Below are positions 12,626-22,947 of a stretch of 36,564 bases of DNA, piece by piece. Within the stretch, counting starts at the first letter, position 1, and each line of letters opens with the position of its first letter. The notes below the pieces were generated by a model that ran no database searches, was not told the origin of the DNA, and saw only the letters and a program-made list of their open reading frames with translations. Made by a program: the position numbers and the translations under genes. Source of the DNA: Neophaeotheca triangularis (lineage: Eukaryota); assembly GCA_054600435.1 (NCBI GenBank), contig BAAIJX010000055.1:124001-160564 (forward strand), read 5' to 3'.

Positions 12626-14233
12626 TCAGGACTTGAAAATCTTCTCCATAGCCTCGAGGAAGATATCCGCATGCTTCTTCTGGAAGATGAGCATTGGCCT
12701 TAGCCTGACGGCACTAGCGCCGGATCCGCCAACATTTATGCCCATGCTCTTTGCCTTCTTCAGAACTTCGTCACGTCGAGGTGAGTCCCATGCGATGAAG
12801 GTGCCTTGACCTTGACCGCGCAGGTTCATGATCTCCTTGGGGTATCGTTTCGCCAGCTGGGCGAGGGAGGAGTAGAGGTAGTTGCCGGTTTCTATATCGT
12901 ATGATCAGTAAGCCTCTCATGAGAGCTGTGGGGCGTATATGTAGGACATACCAGCTGTGTTTTCCACCAAGTTGAGCCTCTCAATCTCCTGGATGATGGC
13001 TCTGAATAGGATTGCCCGAGCTGGGTCGCCCATCCAAGTGTTGAACTGTCTGTAAGGCTTGTTCGGTTTGAGCTCACTGTTGCCGAAGTAGTATCCAGCG
13101 GTCTGCGCCTTCTTTGAAAACGTGACCATATCAGGGGCGTCGTCCAGGTTCCAGTGCTCGTGGGCCCAGAACTTGCCCGTAGCACCCACACCAGTTTGTA
13201 CCTCATCAACGATCATCAAGATGTTGTGTTTGCGAGTGATTTCACGCAGTCCTCTGAAGAACGCTGGCGAGGCGTGGTTGTCACCGCCCTCGGACTGAAT
13301 TGGCTCGACGATGATGGCAGCAGGGGGGTTGTGGTAGTTTTGAATAATGTCCTCAGCCTCTTGAAGGCAACGTTGCTCCTCACGCGCATTCTCTTCAGCA
13401 TGCTGATCAAGGGGGTACTTGAGTGCCGGGAAAGAGGCTTGAGGCCAGTCGAACGCAGGAATATCGAGCTTGTGGATCGGCTTCGAACGCGTGGTGGAGA
13501 GGGAGCCGAACAGACGGCCATGGAAAGCGGTCTTGAAAGACATGATCGACATGTTTGGTGCACCTGGCGATTGGTTGTTCATGGAAGAAGAGATCTCGTC
13601 TGCTGTAAAATCGACATGTGGCCCGCCACGCTGTTGGCCACGCTTCCACATAAACGCTGCCTTGAAGGCAAGCTCGTTGGCATCTGAGCCAGCCTGGGCA
13701 GTGAACACCTGGTTCATTCCTTTCGGGGCAACCTTGAGAATACCAGTCTCGAGGATTTGTGCCCAGTCATGCTGGGGGAAGTTCCCCAGTGCAGGCCTGT
13801 TGATCAGCGCAGAGGCCATGTCGGGAGATGTGGCTGCCAATAGCAAGCTCGGGTTGCTGTAGCCAACAGGTATGGACGCAATCTGCGCGTACACATCAAG
13901 CAAGACGTTGCCGTCCAGATCTGCGATATAGTTGCCAAACGAGTTCTGGTAATTGGCCATCATGTTGAGCGAACGCGTGTCGAAGACTGTATCCAAATGC
14001 GCTATCGCCTTCATGCTCTCTGGACCTGGAATCTGGGTCCGCACCATCGGCCCTGTGGGCTCATCTGGGAAGTATGGTTGTTCGATGGCGTCCGCCATTG
14101 GTTGCTTCATGGCTGCTGCGGTGGCATTTCGTGGGTTAGTCTGGCTTGCCATGGTCCTCGTAATGGCAGTACGGCGGGTCGCATTGCGAAGCATGGGCTG
14201 CATGCGAGCAGTTGAGCGAACGAAAGACGCCAT
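12626..14233 (-). CDS. UGA1: 4-aminobutyrate (GABA) aminotransferase with mitochondrial-type presequence, ~515 aa. Exons 14233-12952, 12891-12626
   Basis: DVYAQIASIPVGY, AFHGRLFGSLSTTRSKPIHKLDIPAFDWP, VEPIQSEGGDNHAS, DEVQTGVGATGKFWAH, PLP-lysine TFSKKAQ, FNTWMGDP, LRGQGQGTFIAWD. Intron 12951-12892 (GTATGT..CTGAT..TAG). Confidence 0.97.
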
Positions 14234-14258
14234 GTTGGAGCAGAGATGCCGAACAATT

Positions 14259-14845
14259 CGATAGGTCTCGAAGCGGGATATCGTTCCTCTTAGGTGGTGG
14301 CCTCGCAGGCTGTCGACGTCGTGAGATAAACTGCGAAGTGCAAGCGATCAACGCTGTTCTTGATGGTTGCGACAAAGGTTTTATCTGATCGATCCGGAGG
14401 GAATGGATATGAGTTGAGTCATAGGAAAAGGAAAAGGCGAGAAGCAAGAAGAGGGGGAGAGTTTTTGGGTGCTCGCCTACGAGCGGCTCTGGCAACGACA
14501 ATGGCAATCGTGACACAGAAGTTCGAGATAGCTCGGACCCCACGGGCATGCATCGCCAAAGCTACACTGCCTGATCGGGAAGGTACAAGCGTGCCCGCAT
14601 TTCCTATCGAGTGACGGCGACTGGGGATCGGACGCTCTCGTGACTCGACTCCTGTCCTACAGACTCTCTTATCGGTTAATAATATCGGAAGATGTTGAGG
14701 CGCTGTCGAACAGTCTCTTACGAAGTAAAGTACGGTACTGAGAAGTGAGAAGTGAGAAGTATGGTACTCATCCTAGCCGGAAGATAAAGATCCCACCACC
14801 AAGATATACCCCCGAGCCATCCGCTTATCTGGGTATCTGTTATCA
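14259..14845. promoter_or_regulatory. Cluster of HGATAR (AreA/Nit2-type GATA) sites upstream of UGA1/gatA
   Basis: Nine matches on either strand: 14259, 14324, 14381, 14526, 14604, 14669, 14782, 14825, 14840. Roughly two would be expected by chance in ~590 bp. Fits known nitrogen control of GABA utilisation. Confidence 0.6.
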
Positions 14846-14979
14846 CAACATATTGTTATGTTGAACTGGACCAAACGACATGCAAAGATAGGGGCTCTTA
14901 GGATTATGCCGCTGTTGAAACGCAGCGTGCCCACCCTCCAAAGATCTCCTCGCGCTATCATCGACCTCGTTTGTACAAT

Positions 14980-16436
14980 CTACGGCTCTCCCGGCCAAAT
15001 CTCGTCAGCAACCGTCCTCACAAGCTTGAGTTTCGCCCTCATGTCCTCGTATCCTAGCGAGTTTCCCTCAGCATGGCTGGCAAAGCCACACTGCGGGCTG
15101 ACGCTCAATCTGTTCAGTGCCTCCTCACGTGTGCACTTGCTACCCTCCTGCACGAAAGTGGCCGCCGCGTAAACGCGCTCAATCATCTCCTCCTTCGTCT
15201 CTAGCTCCGCGAATTTGGATGTAACGACACCAAGGACAACGTTCTTGTTGAGTGGGAGGTGCTTGAGCGGTTCGAACCCACCAGCTCGCGGTGTGTCGTA
15301 CTCGAGGTAGTAGGTGCTCACGTTGAGGTCGTTGAACAATTTGGTGGCTATGGCGTCGTAGGCTCCCTCGCTGAAATGGCGCGAGCCAACGTAGTTCCCA
15401 CGGCACAGGTGGATTCCCAAGTGCATATCCGCTGGTCGCTGTTGAAAGATGTGTCAGAGAGTGAGTTCTTCCTGAACATGAGGCTGAACGGGCTCTTCTT
15501 ACCTGGAAACACTTGTTGTAGAACCGGATGTAGGCGTCGAATTGCTCATCCGACGTCTGGAAGTTCTCTGGGTCATTCTTCCACCCTTCGAGCATGGCTT
15601 CAGAACAGAAATCTAACTTCGTTAGCTGCTTTCAAAATCGACCAAATAGCTTCTCACGTACAAGCAAGATTCGGGTCGTCAACCTGAACGTTCCTCAGCC
15701 CGGCATCGTACAGTATCTTCAGTTCGGTCTGATAGGCCTTGGCAACATCGTCGAAGTATCCCTCATCGTTATTGTAGACACCCTTTGCGTACGCCTTGTT
15801 GGGTCCGTAGCGGAAGTGGTACCACGAAGGCGAGGTGGTTGTCAGCTTAATGTCCTTCCATTCCTCTTTCGGCACCAGTGTCTTCATATATTCCAGCTCC
15901 GGCAAGAACGTCGACTTTCCAGTGTGAGAGATCTTTCCCGTAGCGACCGTTACCGAGTTCGGGATTGTCTTTGCGTGAAGGAAAGACTTGACGTCCGGCG
16001 CATATCTGTAGTTCTATCATTCAGCCAGTGCATCAACACTGGGGCCCTCAGGATGATCGTACTGCCTGAAGATGCTAGTATCGTATCCTCCCGGCTGCAA
16101 ATTGACCTCGGTCATCCCATTCAAGCCCTTCTCGAAGAACGTTCCCCTGACAACGTCAGTAAGAGCCTCTTCCATGTCTTACTCGCCCGGCCTCTTCCAA
16201 AGCTGGACCTACCAGAACTGATGTCTCGAATATTCACCATTTGTGAGCGTCTTGATCCCACAGTCCCTCTGAAGATCTACAACATCTTTGATAGCCTTTT
16301 GCTCAACCGGGACGAGGCTCTCTGCCGTCTTTGAACCATCCGCAACGGCATATCGGTGCTTGACGAGCTCATCTGGTCTGAGAAGGCTGCCTATATGTTC
16401 GGCGCGGTGGGGTGGGTTTCTAGGGGCGTCAGACAT
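14980..16436 (-). CDS. Single-domain MetE-like (cobalamin-independent methionine synthase C-terminal/catalytic barrel family) protein, paralog 1, ~406 aa. Exons 16436-16213, 16146-16063, 16005-15662, 15612-15503, 15438-14980
   Basis: RAEHIGSLLRP, GEYSRHQFWGTFFE, QVDDPNLAYFCSE, Zn ligands HLCRGN, YLEYD and SPQCGFAS. Four GT-AG introns give an in-frame 1221-nt CDS. About half the length of a true two-barrel Met6/MetE. Confidence 0.92.
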
Positions 16437-17139
16437 GGTGGTTGTTGCGGCGTTGGTGTTGTTTTGAATACAGTTATTATCTTACGAATAGAACGGGGTG
16501 AAACACAAATCGAAATGAGGAAACACGAGTACACGGAGGGCGAAATCATGGAAAGGCGTCGACAGCCCACTAGATTACATACTTACGAGTACTGCCCCGC
16601 ACAACGTCACGGTCCATATGCCCGTGGGATCCAGCCCAGGCTTGAGAGTCCATATCATTAATTAGCCGATATGCAGGTACAGAACAAACTTCTCTGGAGC
16701 CGAGAAGTCTGATCTGAAGTACCGAGAAGAGCTGTCTTTAATCAGGCGGGCAGGCAGCGTCCCTGACATCAGTGTATTTTGAAGTCCCAGCTCCGGAATC
16801 GGGCTACAATACGTCAAGACAAAGTCAAACACAGCGGATGAAGGTGAGGATTGAGTGCCGCCTGATCGCCGCATTCTGAGCCATGAGCCATCTTAAAGTC
16901 AAGTCATGCTGTGTCCGAAACTCGATACGTTGTTTGGACGATGGCCTGGGCACTACTCAGCCTCGTAGGCAATGCACCCAGTTTTGCCGGACTCCAGCGG
17001 CATTCGATAACATCCAATCCTGTTGTACTGTTTTCAAGGGGTCTTGCGTTCACACAAGACCGCCACACACCAGCAGCAAGCCTGGGTGTCTATTCATCGT
17101 TGGAACGTAGCACACCACCGTCAAGCATTAGTCGAGGCT

Positions 17140-19104
17140 TCACTTTTTTTTTCCCTTCGTCTTGTCTTGCACCTCAACCCACCTAGGGTTTACGCCACGC
17201 CTACCTAATGCCTTGACCACGGCATCCTTTTGTGGCCCCTGAACCATGACCTCCTCGACCGGCTTCTCGTTCTTCTTCGCCCCGCCAGCAAGTGGCTCGA
17301 CACTAGTCGACCCAGCGCAAAGCTTTCGCAGCTCGTCAGCAAGAGGCCTCGGCTGGATGTAGTATGCTTCCAGGCCAGACACTTTAGTGACGGTTTTGTT
17401 TCCCGATCTTGTTTCGAGTGTGATGTGAATTTTAGGCGGGGCCCCTGAGCGGGCCTTGACGTTGCTCAGATCATCTTCGTTTCGCAAGATGGCGTAGGAT
17501 TCGCTCATTCCTTTCAGCACCCTGTCCATGAGAGCATCTCGAGGCACCATCCCTTTAGCAATGACCTCCTTGTCAAGCTTGGTGGAGCCATCGAATACAG
17601 CGTTTGCGAGAGTCGGGTCGAGTTTTACCTGACGTTTATTGCTTTCCGATATGAGTTGATTCGCCTCGATGTACTTTGTCACCGTTGGTCTGACTTCGGA
17701 GGCCGTGAACATGTTGCCTGTTGCTTCCGCACCCGTGAAGAGGGGTTGCAGCTTTGCTGTGGGTCTGTAGTAAACCACAACCTGTAGCTTTTGGCCAACG
17801 GAGCCGTCACCGGTGCCGACCTGCTCAGTCGCTTTCTCGCCTCTGCCGAGGGCTGCGCCGCCGGCAGTCTCCTTCTTCGGCAGCCTGTAAGGCTTGAAGT
17901 CTCGTACAGCTTGGTCATCAAAGTCTATGTCAAGAATTACTGTTTCGTTCCTATCCTTCTCCTTGCTCTTGATTATTCTCTCCTTGTCCATTGCTTTGAC
18001 AAATTTCTTGATGTTCTTCCAGGATGTGTTCTTGATTTGTAGTTGCTGCTTCTCGTCGGTGTTGAACGCTGGAAGGAACGGTTGTATCATCGTTGCCATG
18101 ACTTGAGTCTGGTGCACTGGGAAATCGAAGCCATAGTTCGCTTGCGAGGGGTTAGACACCTTGTGTTGATGGATGGCGTAGAGGAATGCATTGCGGAAGG
18201 CATCATCAATTTCCTTGACTGACAGCTTCTTGCTTGGGGTGTTCGTGTTCGCGTCGTTGCTTGGGGCATCCTCTCCTGGAACATGCTCGTTTCGAGGTAG
18301 CAGCTGCTGTTGCTCTGCTATCTCTATATTGTCTCCGTTTGCCAGTGCAACTCCGCCATCCTCGTCACCGTCGTTGTCGAGTGACATATCGCCAGTCTTC
18401 TCAACTAAGCCTCTTGTTTGTAGCACCTTCGTCCAGCCCTCAATCTCAGCAGGTGGTGCCTGACCGGGTCTTGCGTTGGTACTATAACTCCATAGCTCAT
18501 CGCCAGCCCAGTGCATGTTCTCAACGGCCCTCCCTCTGACGCCTGCCACGTTCTGCAAGGTGCTGACATCAAGATCGCACAAGCCTATTGCAATTGGTAC
18601 ACTCGGCTTGTCCGTCCCAGCGATAGCTACCACCCTACCTTTCTTCGCCATCTTGGGAAACGGTGGTCCCCCAGCCAGGCCAGGAGTCATAAGATCGGCG
18701 CCGCCTTTGAGCTTCTCAACGACGATGTTGGGGGTGTGCAGCAAGGGTACGAGGTCCGAGTTGCGCCATAGCGTATACACAGAGGGGTATATTGCCTTCT
18801 CGATCTCGAACCAGAGGATCCGCGCTTCTTCGTCATCATGGTGGCCAACATAGACCGTACCAGATACTTGTTTCAACTCTGGCCCATGGGTTGTCGTGAA
18901 GCGTGCACTTTGGATGTTGTCTGGTAAAAGCGAATTTCGCAGCTGAGTGTGGGCATTTGTAGACTCTGCCTTCTCTTCCGGAGTCTGACCGTCGGGGGCT
19001 GAGTCCTTGAGCTGGTATTCTTGTATGATGCGGTCTGCGAGCTTCCTTCGATCCGATGATCGCAAAGGAGCGGCGGGCTTGATGGTCGGTTTCTTCTTGA
19101 ACAT
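17140..19104 (-). CDS. TMA64: Eukaryotic translation initiation factor 2D / ligatin (PUA + SWIB + SUI1), 654 aa
   Basis: ATG at 19104 (MFKKKPTIK..LRSSDRRKL), YPSVYTLW, GGADLMTPGL (PUA), IKNTSWKNIKKFVK, RSGNKTVTKVSGLE and EVMVQGPQ (SUI1). Confidence 0.93.
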   Translation of the reverse strand: MFKKKPTIKPAAPLRSSDRRKLADRIIQEYQLKDSAPDGQTPEEKAESTNAHTQLRNSLLPDNIQSARFTTTHGPELKQVSGTVYVGHHDDEEARILWFEIEKAIYPSVYTLWRNSDLVPLLHTPNIVVEKLKGGADLMTPGLAGGPPFPKMAKKGRVVAIAGTDKPSVPIAIGLCDLDVSTLQNVAGVRGRAVENMHWAGDELWSYSTNARPGQAPPAEIEGWTKVLQTRGLVEKTGDMSLDNDGDEDGGVALANGDNIEIAEQQQLLPRNEHVPGEDAPSNDANTNTPSKKLSVKEIDDAFRNAFLYAIHQHKVSNPSQANYGFDFPVHQTQVMATMIQPFLPAFNTDEKQQLQIKNTSWKNIKKFVKAMDKERIIKSKEKDRNETVILDIDFDDQAVRDFKPYRLPKKETAGGAALGRGEKATEQVGTGDGSVGQKLQVVVYYRPTAKLQPLFTGAEATGNMFTASEVRPTVTKYIEANQLISESNKRQVKLDPTLANAVFDGSTKLDKEVIAKGMVPRDALMDRVLKGMSESYAILRNEDDLSNVKARSGAPPKIHITLETRSGNKTVTKVSGLEAYYIQPRPLADELRKLCAGSTSVEPLAGGAKKNEKPVEEVMVQGPQKDAVVKALGRRGVNPRWVEVQDKTKGKKK

Positions 19105-19547
19105 TGTGCGTTTTGAGCCCAAGATTGAATCGAGAAGAGGAAGAGATACTGTCGTTGATCGATCGAACGAACCTGGTCAACTCCAAAGGGTGGTGTATTG
19201 CGTGTTCCACCCTTCAAGTCAGGTCGAAGGTGGGCAAGGTTGTCTAGTAGCCCGCCCCAAGTGCATGTGATTTTGGGCTGGACTTGACGTCAACTGATGG
19301 CCAAAGATCCAAAGTCGCCTGCTATACCTTAGTGAAGTATACGGTAAGGTATTGACCCACCAACAAGTGACGATGACAACGAAACTAGCACACGTATAAA
19401 ACACAGAAGACAGGACAAACCGGTATCCTCACAAACTTCATGCACATTATCAACTGGAATAGAACGAGGAAGTCTAGCTGTCCACCCAAACTCTGACCCT
19501 AAGAAGCCCCCTCTTTGGCTCTCATCGTCTTCGACAACAGTTTGCAC

Positions 19548-20182
19548 TCATGTGTCAAGCCTCAGAGTCAGCACGAGCAGAGAGACGTACGCAGCAACGC
19601 TCAGACTGGTCAAAACGACGACGACATTGCCACTCGTTCGGAACCTACAACTGTCAGTAAGACGTTGGAGAAACTCAGCTGAAGCCATACCTCTTCCTGT
19701 TCAGGCCATCCTCGCCTACCTCAGTGAAGAATTGTCGATTGCCTTCCATACGTCGATAGGCGCTCACGGCCATTACACCAGCGCCATAGACCGCGAAAAG
19801 GGCTCCTGCCGTGCCCTGTCAGCTAGGGGGCAAGCTGGTGGCTGTAGCGACACCAACCTACCGATGCTGTAGAATTCACTCGTGAATATCTTAAGGACAA
19901 TGAGGGCGAAGCTAAACTGGCTGAGAGAGGTGCGTTGGTATGCGCCTTCAAACGTCCTCTGTGCTGCCCTGATTTCAACAAGTTCTTGGGGGGTCAAGAT
20001 CACGGATCGAGCGCGATGAAGGCGCAACGTGTAGCGATCTCGGGCGTGACGGGTCTAGAAGCCAAGGTCAGCCAGGGTTCGGCCATGCTGTGAGAGGAAG
20101 TAGTTGTTGCAATGTCTGACGGGGGATGGGTTGTGTTGGTGGTTCGACAGTTGTTGCTCAGCTTGGTACCCACCTCAAACAT
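19548..20182 (-). CDS. Small DUF202-like membrane protein, ~137 aa. Exons 20182-20174, 20054-19862, 19805-19691, 19644-19548
   Basis: Spliced product MFE|TRHARDRYTLRLHRARSVILTPQELVEIRAAQRTFEGAYQRTSLSQFSFALIVLKIFTSEFYSIG|ALFAVYGAGVMAVSAYRRMEGNRQFF..KR|FRTSGNVVVVLTSLSVAAYVSLLVLTLRLDT with three hydrophobic segments. The 9-nt first exon is the least certain part. Confidence 0.8.
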
Positions 20183-20962
20183 GTCGTTCAGCCAACATCC
20201 AGAGCATCGTCAGCTCAGGACCGTCTATAGCTTGCTCAAGATCGTCTTCGTGTAATGACCATGGAGAAAGGGAAGATCAGTTCCCGAGAGGTATCTTGTT
20301 CTGTCGTTAATCGGGGGGAATCGAGCGGTACCTCGTAGTATGTATGACCAGACAGCCGTGGTCTTGGTAACGGGACCGATCCGCATGCACTTGATCGACG
20401 CGGGCTACAGTAAGGAGCTTCCTTTGGACTTCCTTTTCCATATGCGACACGTTGAGCCTTACTCTTTCCACATGTCTCTTCATTCATGCAATAGATCAAG
20501 GTAGGCCGTGTTGACGATAGGGGACCACCCTCCTGGTTCTGGGCTTTCCATTCTGGCGCGACGGGCGGTCAGATGTGGGACGCGGGATTGTCAAGGACCC
20601 GGACGACGGAGCGGAGAAGTAGCCACCCCCCTTGGGTACTTAGGTAGGGCGCCCACACGCTAGGTACATACATACAACCAACCCCCCTCCCTTCTACTCT
20701 TCCTGCCCTCGACCTCCTATGCTGCCGCCAAATCACCGACTCAACAAACTGCGTAAGAGTCCGTTCGAACTCAATTACCAGATTTACATACGCCAAACTG
20801 CTCCGCTACCTACCCCGTCGCTTCACGCCAAGCGACCTTCCCTCACGGAGCGGTGCCGCTGTGTCGGAACCCTGCACGCGTCTGAGACAGGTCGACGACC
20901 GCGTGCATCGTATCCTTCAGGAGGCCCACCGACTGCCGCTTCGGCTTAGATCCCGGTCCGTC

Positions 20963-22246
20963 ATGGTCAGCATGGCAGACATTGAGCGCCCCTACAACTT
21001 CACCTCCGTCAGCCTGGCCTCAGAAGCTGCCAACATCTCGCCTCCACTCTCTGCCGGGACGAAAAGAAAACGCGACAGCAGAAACATGCCCAAGTTCTAC
21101 TCTGTTCGTGTCGGAAAAGAGCCTGGAATTTACCATAGCTGGAAGGAGTGCCTCAACCAGGTCCGCGGCTTTCCCAAGGCTGTGTTCAAGTCGTTCGAAA
21201 CCCTCAGCGAAGCTCAGGAGTTCATGAACAGCCAGACTACAAACACGGGCAAGGGAACAGGCAATGGCAACGTCTATTATGCTGTTCGCTCGGGACGGCA
21301 ACCGGGTGTGTATACGGACTGGAGCGACGTGCTGGCTCAGATCACTGGTTGGAGGGGACCGAAGCACAGGAAGTTCAAGACTCGTAGGGAGGCGGAACAG
21401 TGGGTTTCCGAAGGGCCCAACACTGGTTATCCTATCGAGGATGTCGCGATCGGCAGCATCGAGGAGCCAGCTGCGAAGAAGCTCAAATCCAACAAACCGA
21501 AAAAGAACAATGCCATCAAAGACGAGGCTTCCGCAACCATGGATTTCTGGGACTACGACCCCGGCGAAGGACCACTGCCGGAGGATGCCGAAGACGACTT
21601 TGATTCGACCATCATTCTCGACCCTACAACCGGCAAGCTTCGCTATAAGACAGACGAAGAACAGCAGAAGCTCAAATTCAAGGCCACCTACCTCACCAAA
21701 GACGGCGAAGTCAAAATCTACACGGATGGCTCCTCGCTCGGCAACGGGACTGCAGGTGCTGTTGCGGGAGTGGGCGTCTATTTCGGCGCAGGGGACAAGC
21801 GTAACGTCTCGGAAGCTCTACCAGGAACTCGCCAAACCAACCAACGCGCCGAGCTGACTGCCATCCTGCGCGCGCTTGAGCTCGCGCCTCGCGACCGCAA
21901 GGCGTTGATAATCAGCGACAGCAACTATGCCATCAACTGCGTGACTGTGTGGTTCCAGAAGTGGCGCAGCAACAATTGGCAGAACAGCTCCGGCAAGCCC
22001 GTCGAGAACAAGGAGTTGATCCAGCAAATCTTAGTAAAACTGGAAGACAGGCATCGCATGAACCGCCACCGAATAGACGGAGGCGAAGATGGCGTTGAGG
22101 ATGATGCTAAGTGGGAGAGGGGCCCTGCGTCTGTGAAGTTCAAGTGGGTGAAGGGGCATGACAAGGATGAAGGTAACAACGCCGCAGATCGTCTTGCTGT
22201 CGCGGGGGCTAGGGAGGCTAAGGAAATGGGCGGGGACGTGGAGTAG
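20963..22246 (+). CDS. RNH1: Ribonuclease H1 (two N-terminal hybrid-binding domains plus RNase H domain), 427 aa from the first in-frame ATG
   Basis: KFYSVRVGKEPGIYHSW and YYAVRSGRQPGVYTDW (hybrid-binding domains), catalytic IYTDGSSLGNG, TNQRAELTAI, ISDSNYAINC, WVKGH..GNNAADRLA. In-frame ATGs at 20963 and 20972. Confidence 0.95.
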   Translation: MVSMADIERPYNFTSVSLASEAANISPPLSAGTKRKRDSRNMPKFYSVRVGKEPGIYHSWKECLNQVRGFPKAVFKSFETLSEAQEFMNSQTTNTGKGTGNGNVYYAVRSGRQPGVYTDWSDVLAQITGWRGPKHRKFKTRREAEQWVSEGPNTGYPIEDVAIGSIEEPAAKKLKSNKPKKNNAIKDEASATMDFWDYDPGEGPLPEDAEDDFDSTIILDPTTGKLRYKTDEEQQKLKFKATYLTKDGEVKIYTDGSSLGNGTAGAVAGVGVYFGAGDKRNVSEALPGTRQTNQRAELTAILRALELAPRDRKALIISDSNYAINCVTVWFQKWRSNNWQNSSGKPVENKELIQQILVKLEDRHRMNRHRIDGGEDGVEDDAKWERGPASVKFKWVKGHDKDEGNNAADRLAVAGAREAKEMGGDVE

Positions 22247-22947
22247 ATATCGAGGGCCAGCCGCAACATCTCAAAAACCCAAACCCGGGGAAAGGAGCTG
22301 AGGATATCAAAGTGCCTTCTACGGCTTCAAAGCAGTGGTGTGGAGCTGTACCCACAAGTGTCCCACGACATGGCTTCGTCGGGAGCGAGCAGAGACAATG
22401 GCGAAGCCAATGATGTACACTAGGTACGTATACCAGACATATTGATCGAGGGCAGAGGGCTACCTAGGTAGGTATCACCTGTAGTAGTAATTGCTGTATG
22501 TCCCAGGCTGTGATCGAGTTTGTCAATTCTGCTGCGACTTCCCCATCGGAAGGTCGCCCCCAAGCGTGGCTTCCAACTATCTCGCGGCTTCCCAGGTTCG
22601 TATCACTCTCGATCTACCACCAACGACACGGCTTCATTCCTCTGCCCTTGGCCTTACTTGAGCGAACCGCACGCGTTGTCCTCTTTTGCAGGCATCTTGT
22701 GATTTTTCCGAGTGCGTCGTCGTAATCGTTGCGCTTCCTCAACCTAACTTCCTCCTGGCGCACGATTCAAAATAGGGGAGTTGACATCGCGTGCCGTTCG
22801 ACAAGCGCTCTTCTCTTCTGCTAGCAAGCGATACCGATCACGTCTTGACTACGTCCACCGCCAGAGCGTTGACCAAGCCTTGAAAGCGTCCTTCCATGCA
22901 CTCACTGCCTTGCCCGACTTCAAGGCTTCCGAAAGTAAGCGCTCATC

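Noticed and set aside
16437..17139. Sulfur-regulatory (CYS-3/MetR or Cbf1) sites upstream of MetE-like paralog 1
   Set aside because: Only a partial palindrome (CTGACATCAG near 16764) and no clear consensus match, so sulfur regulation is not supported.
20963..22246. RNase H domain as a retrotransposon remnant
   Set aside because: It has the two hybrid-binding domains of cellular RNase H1, with no RT, integrase or LTRs nearby.
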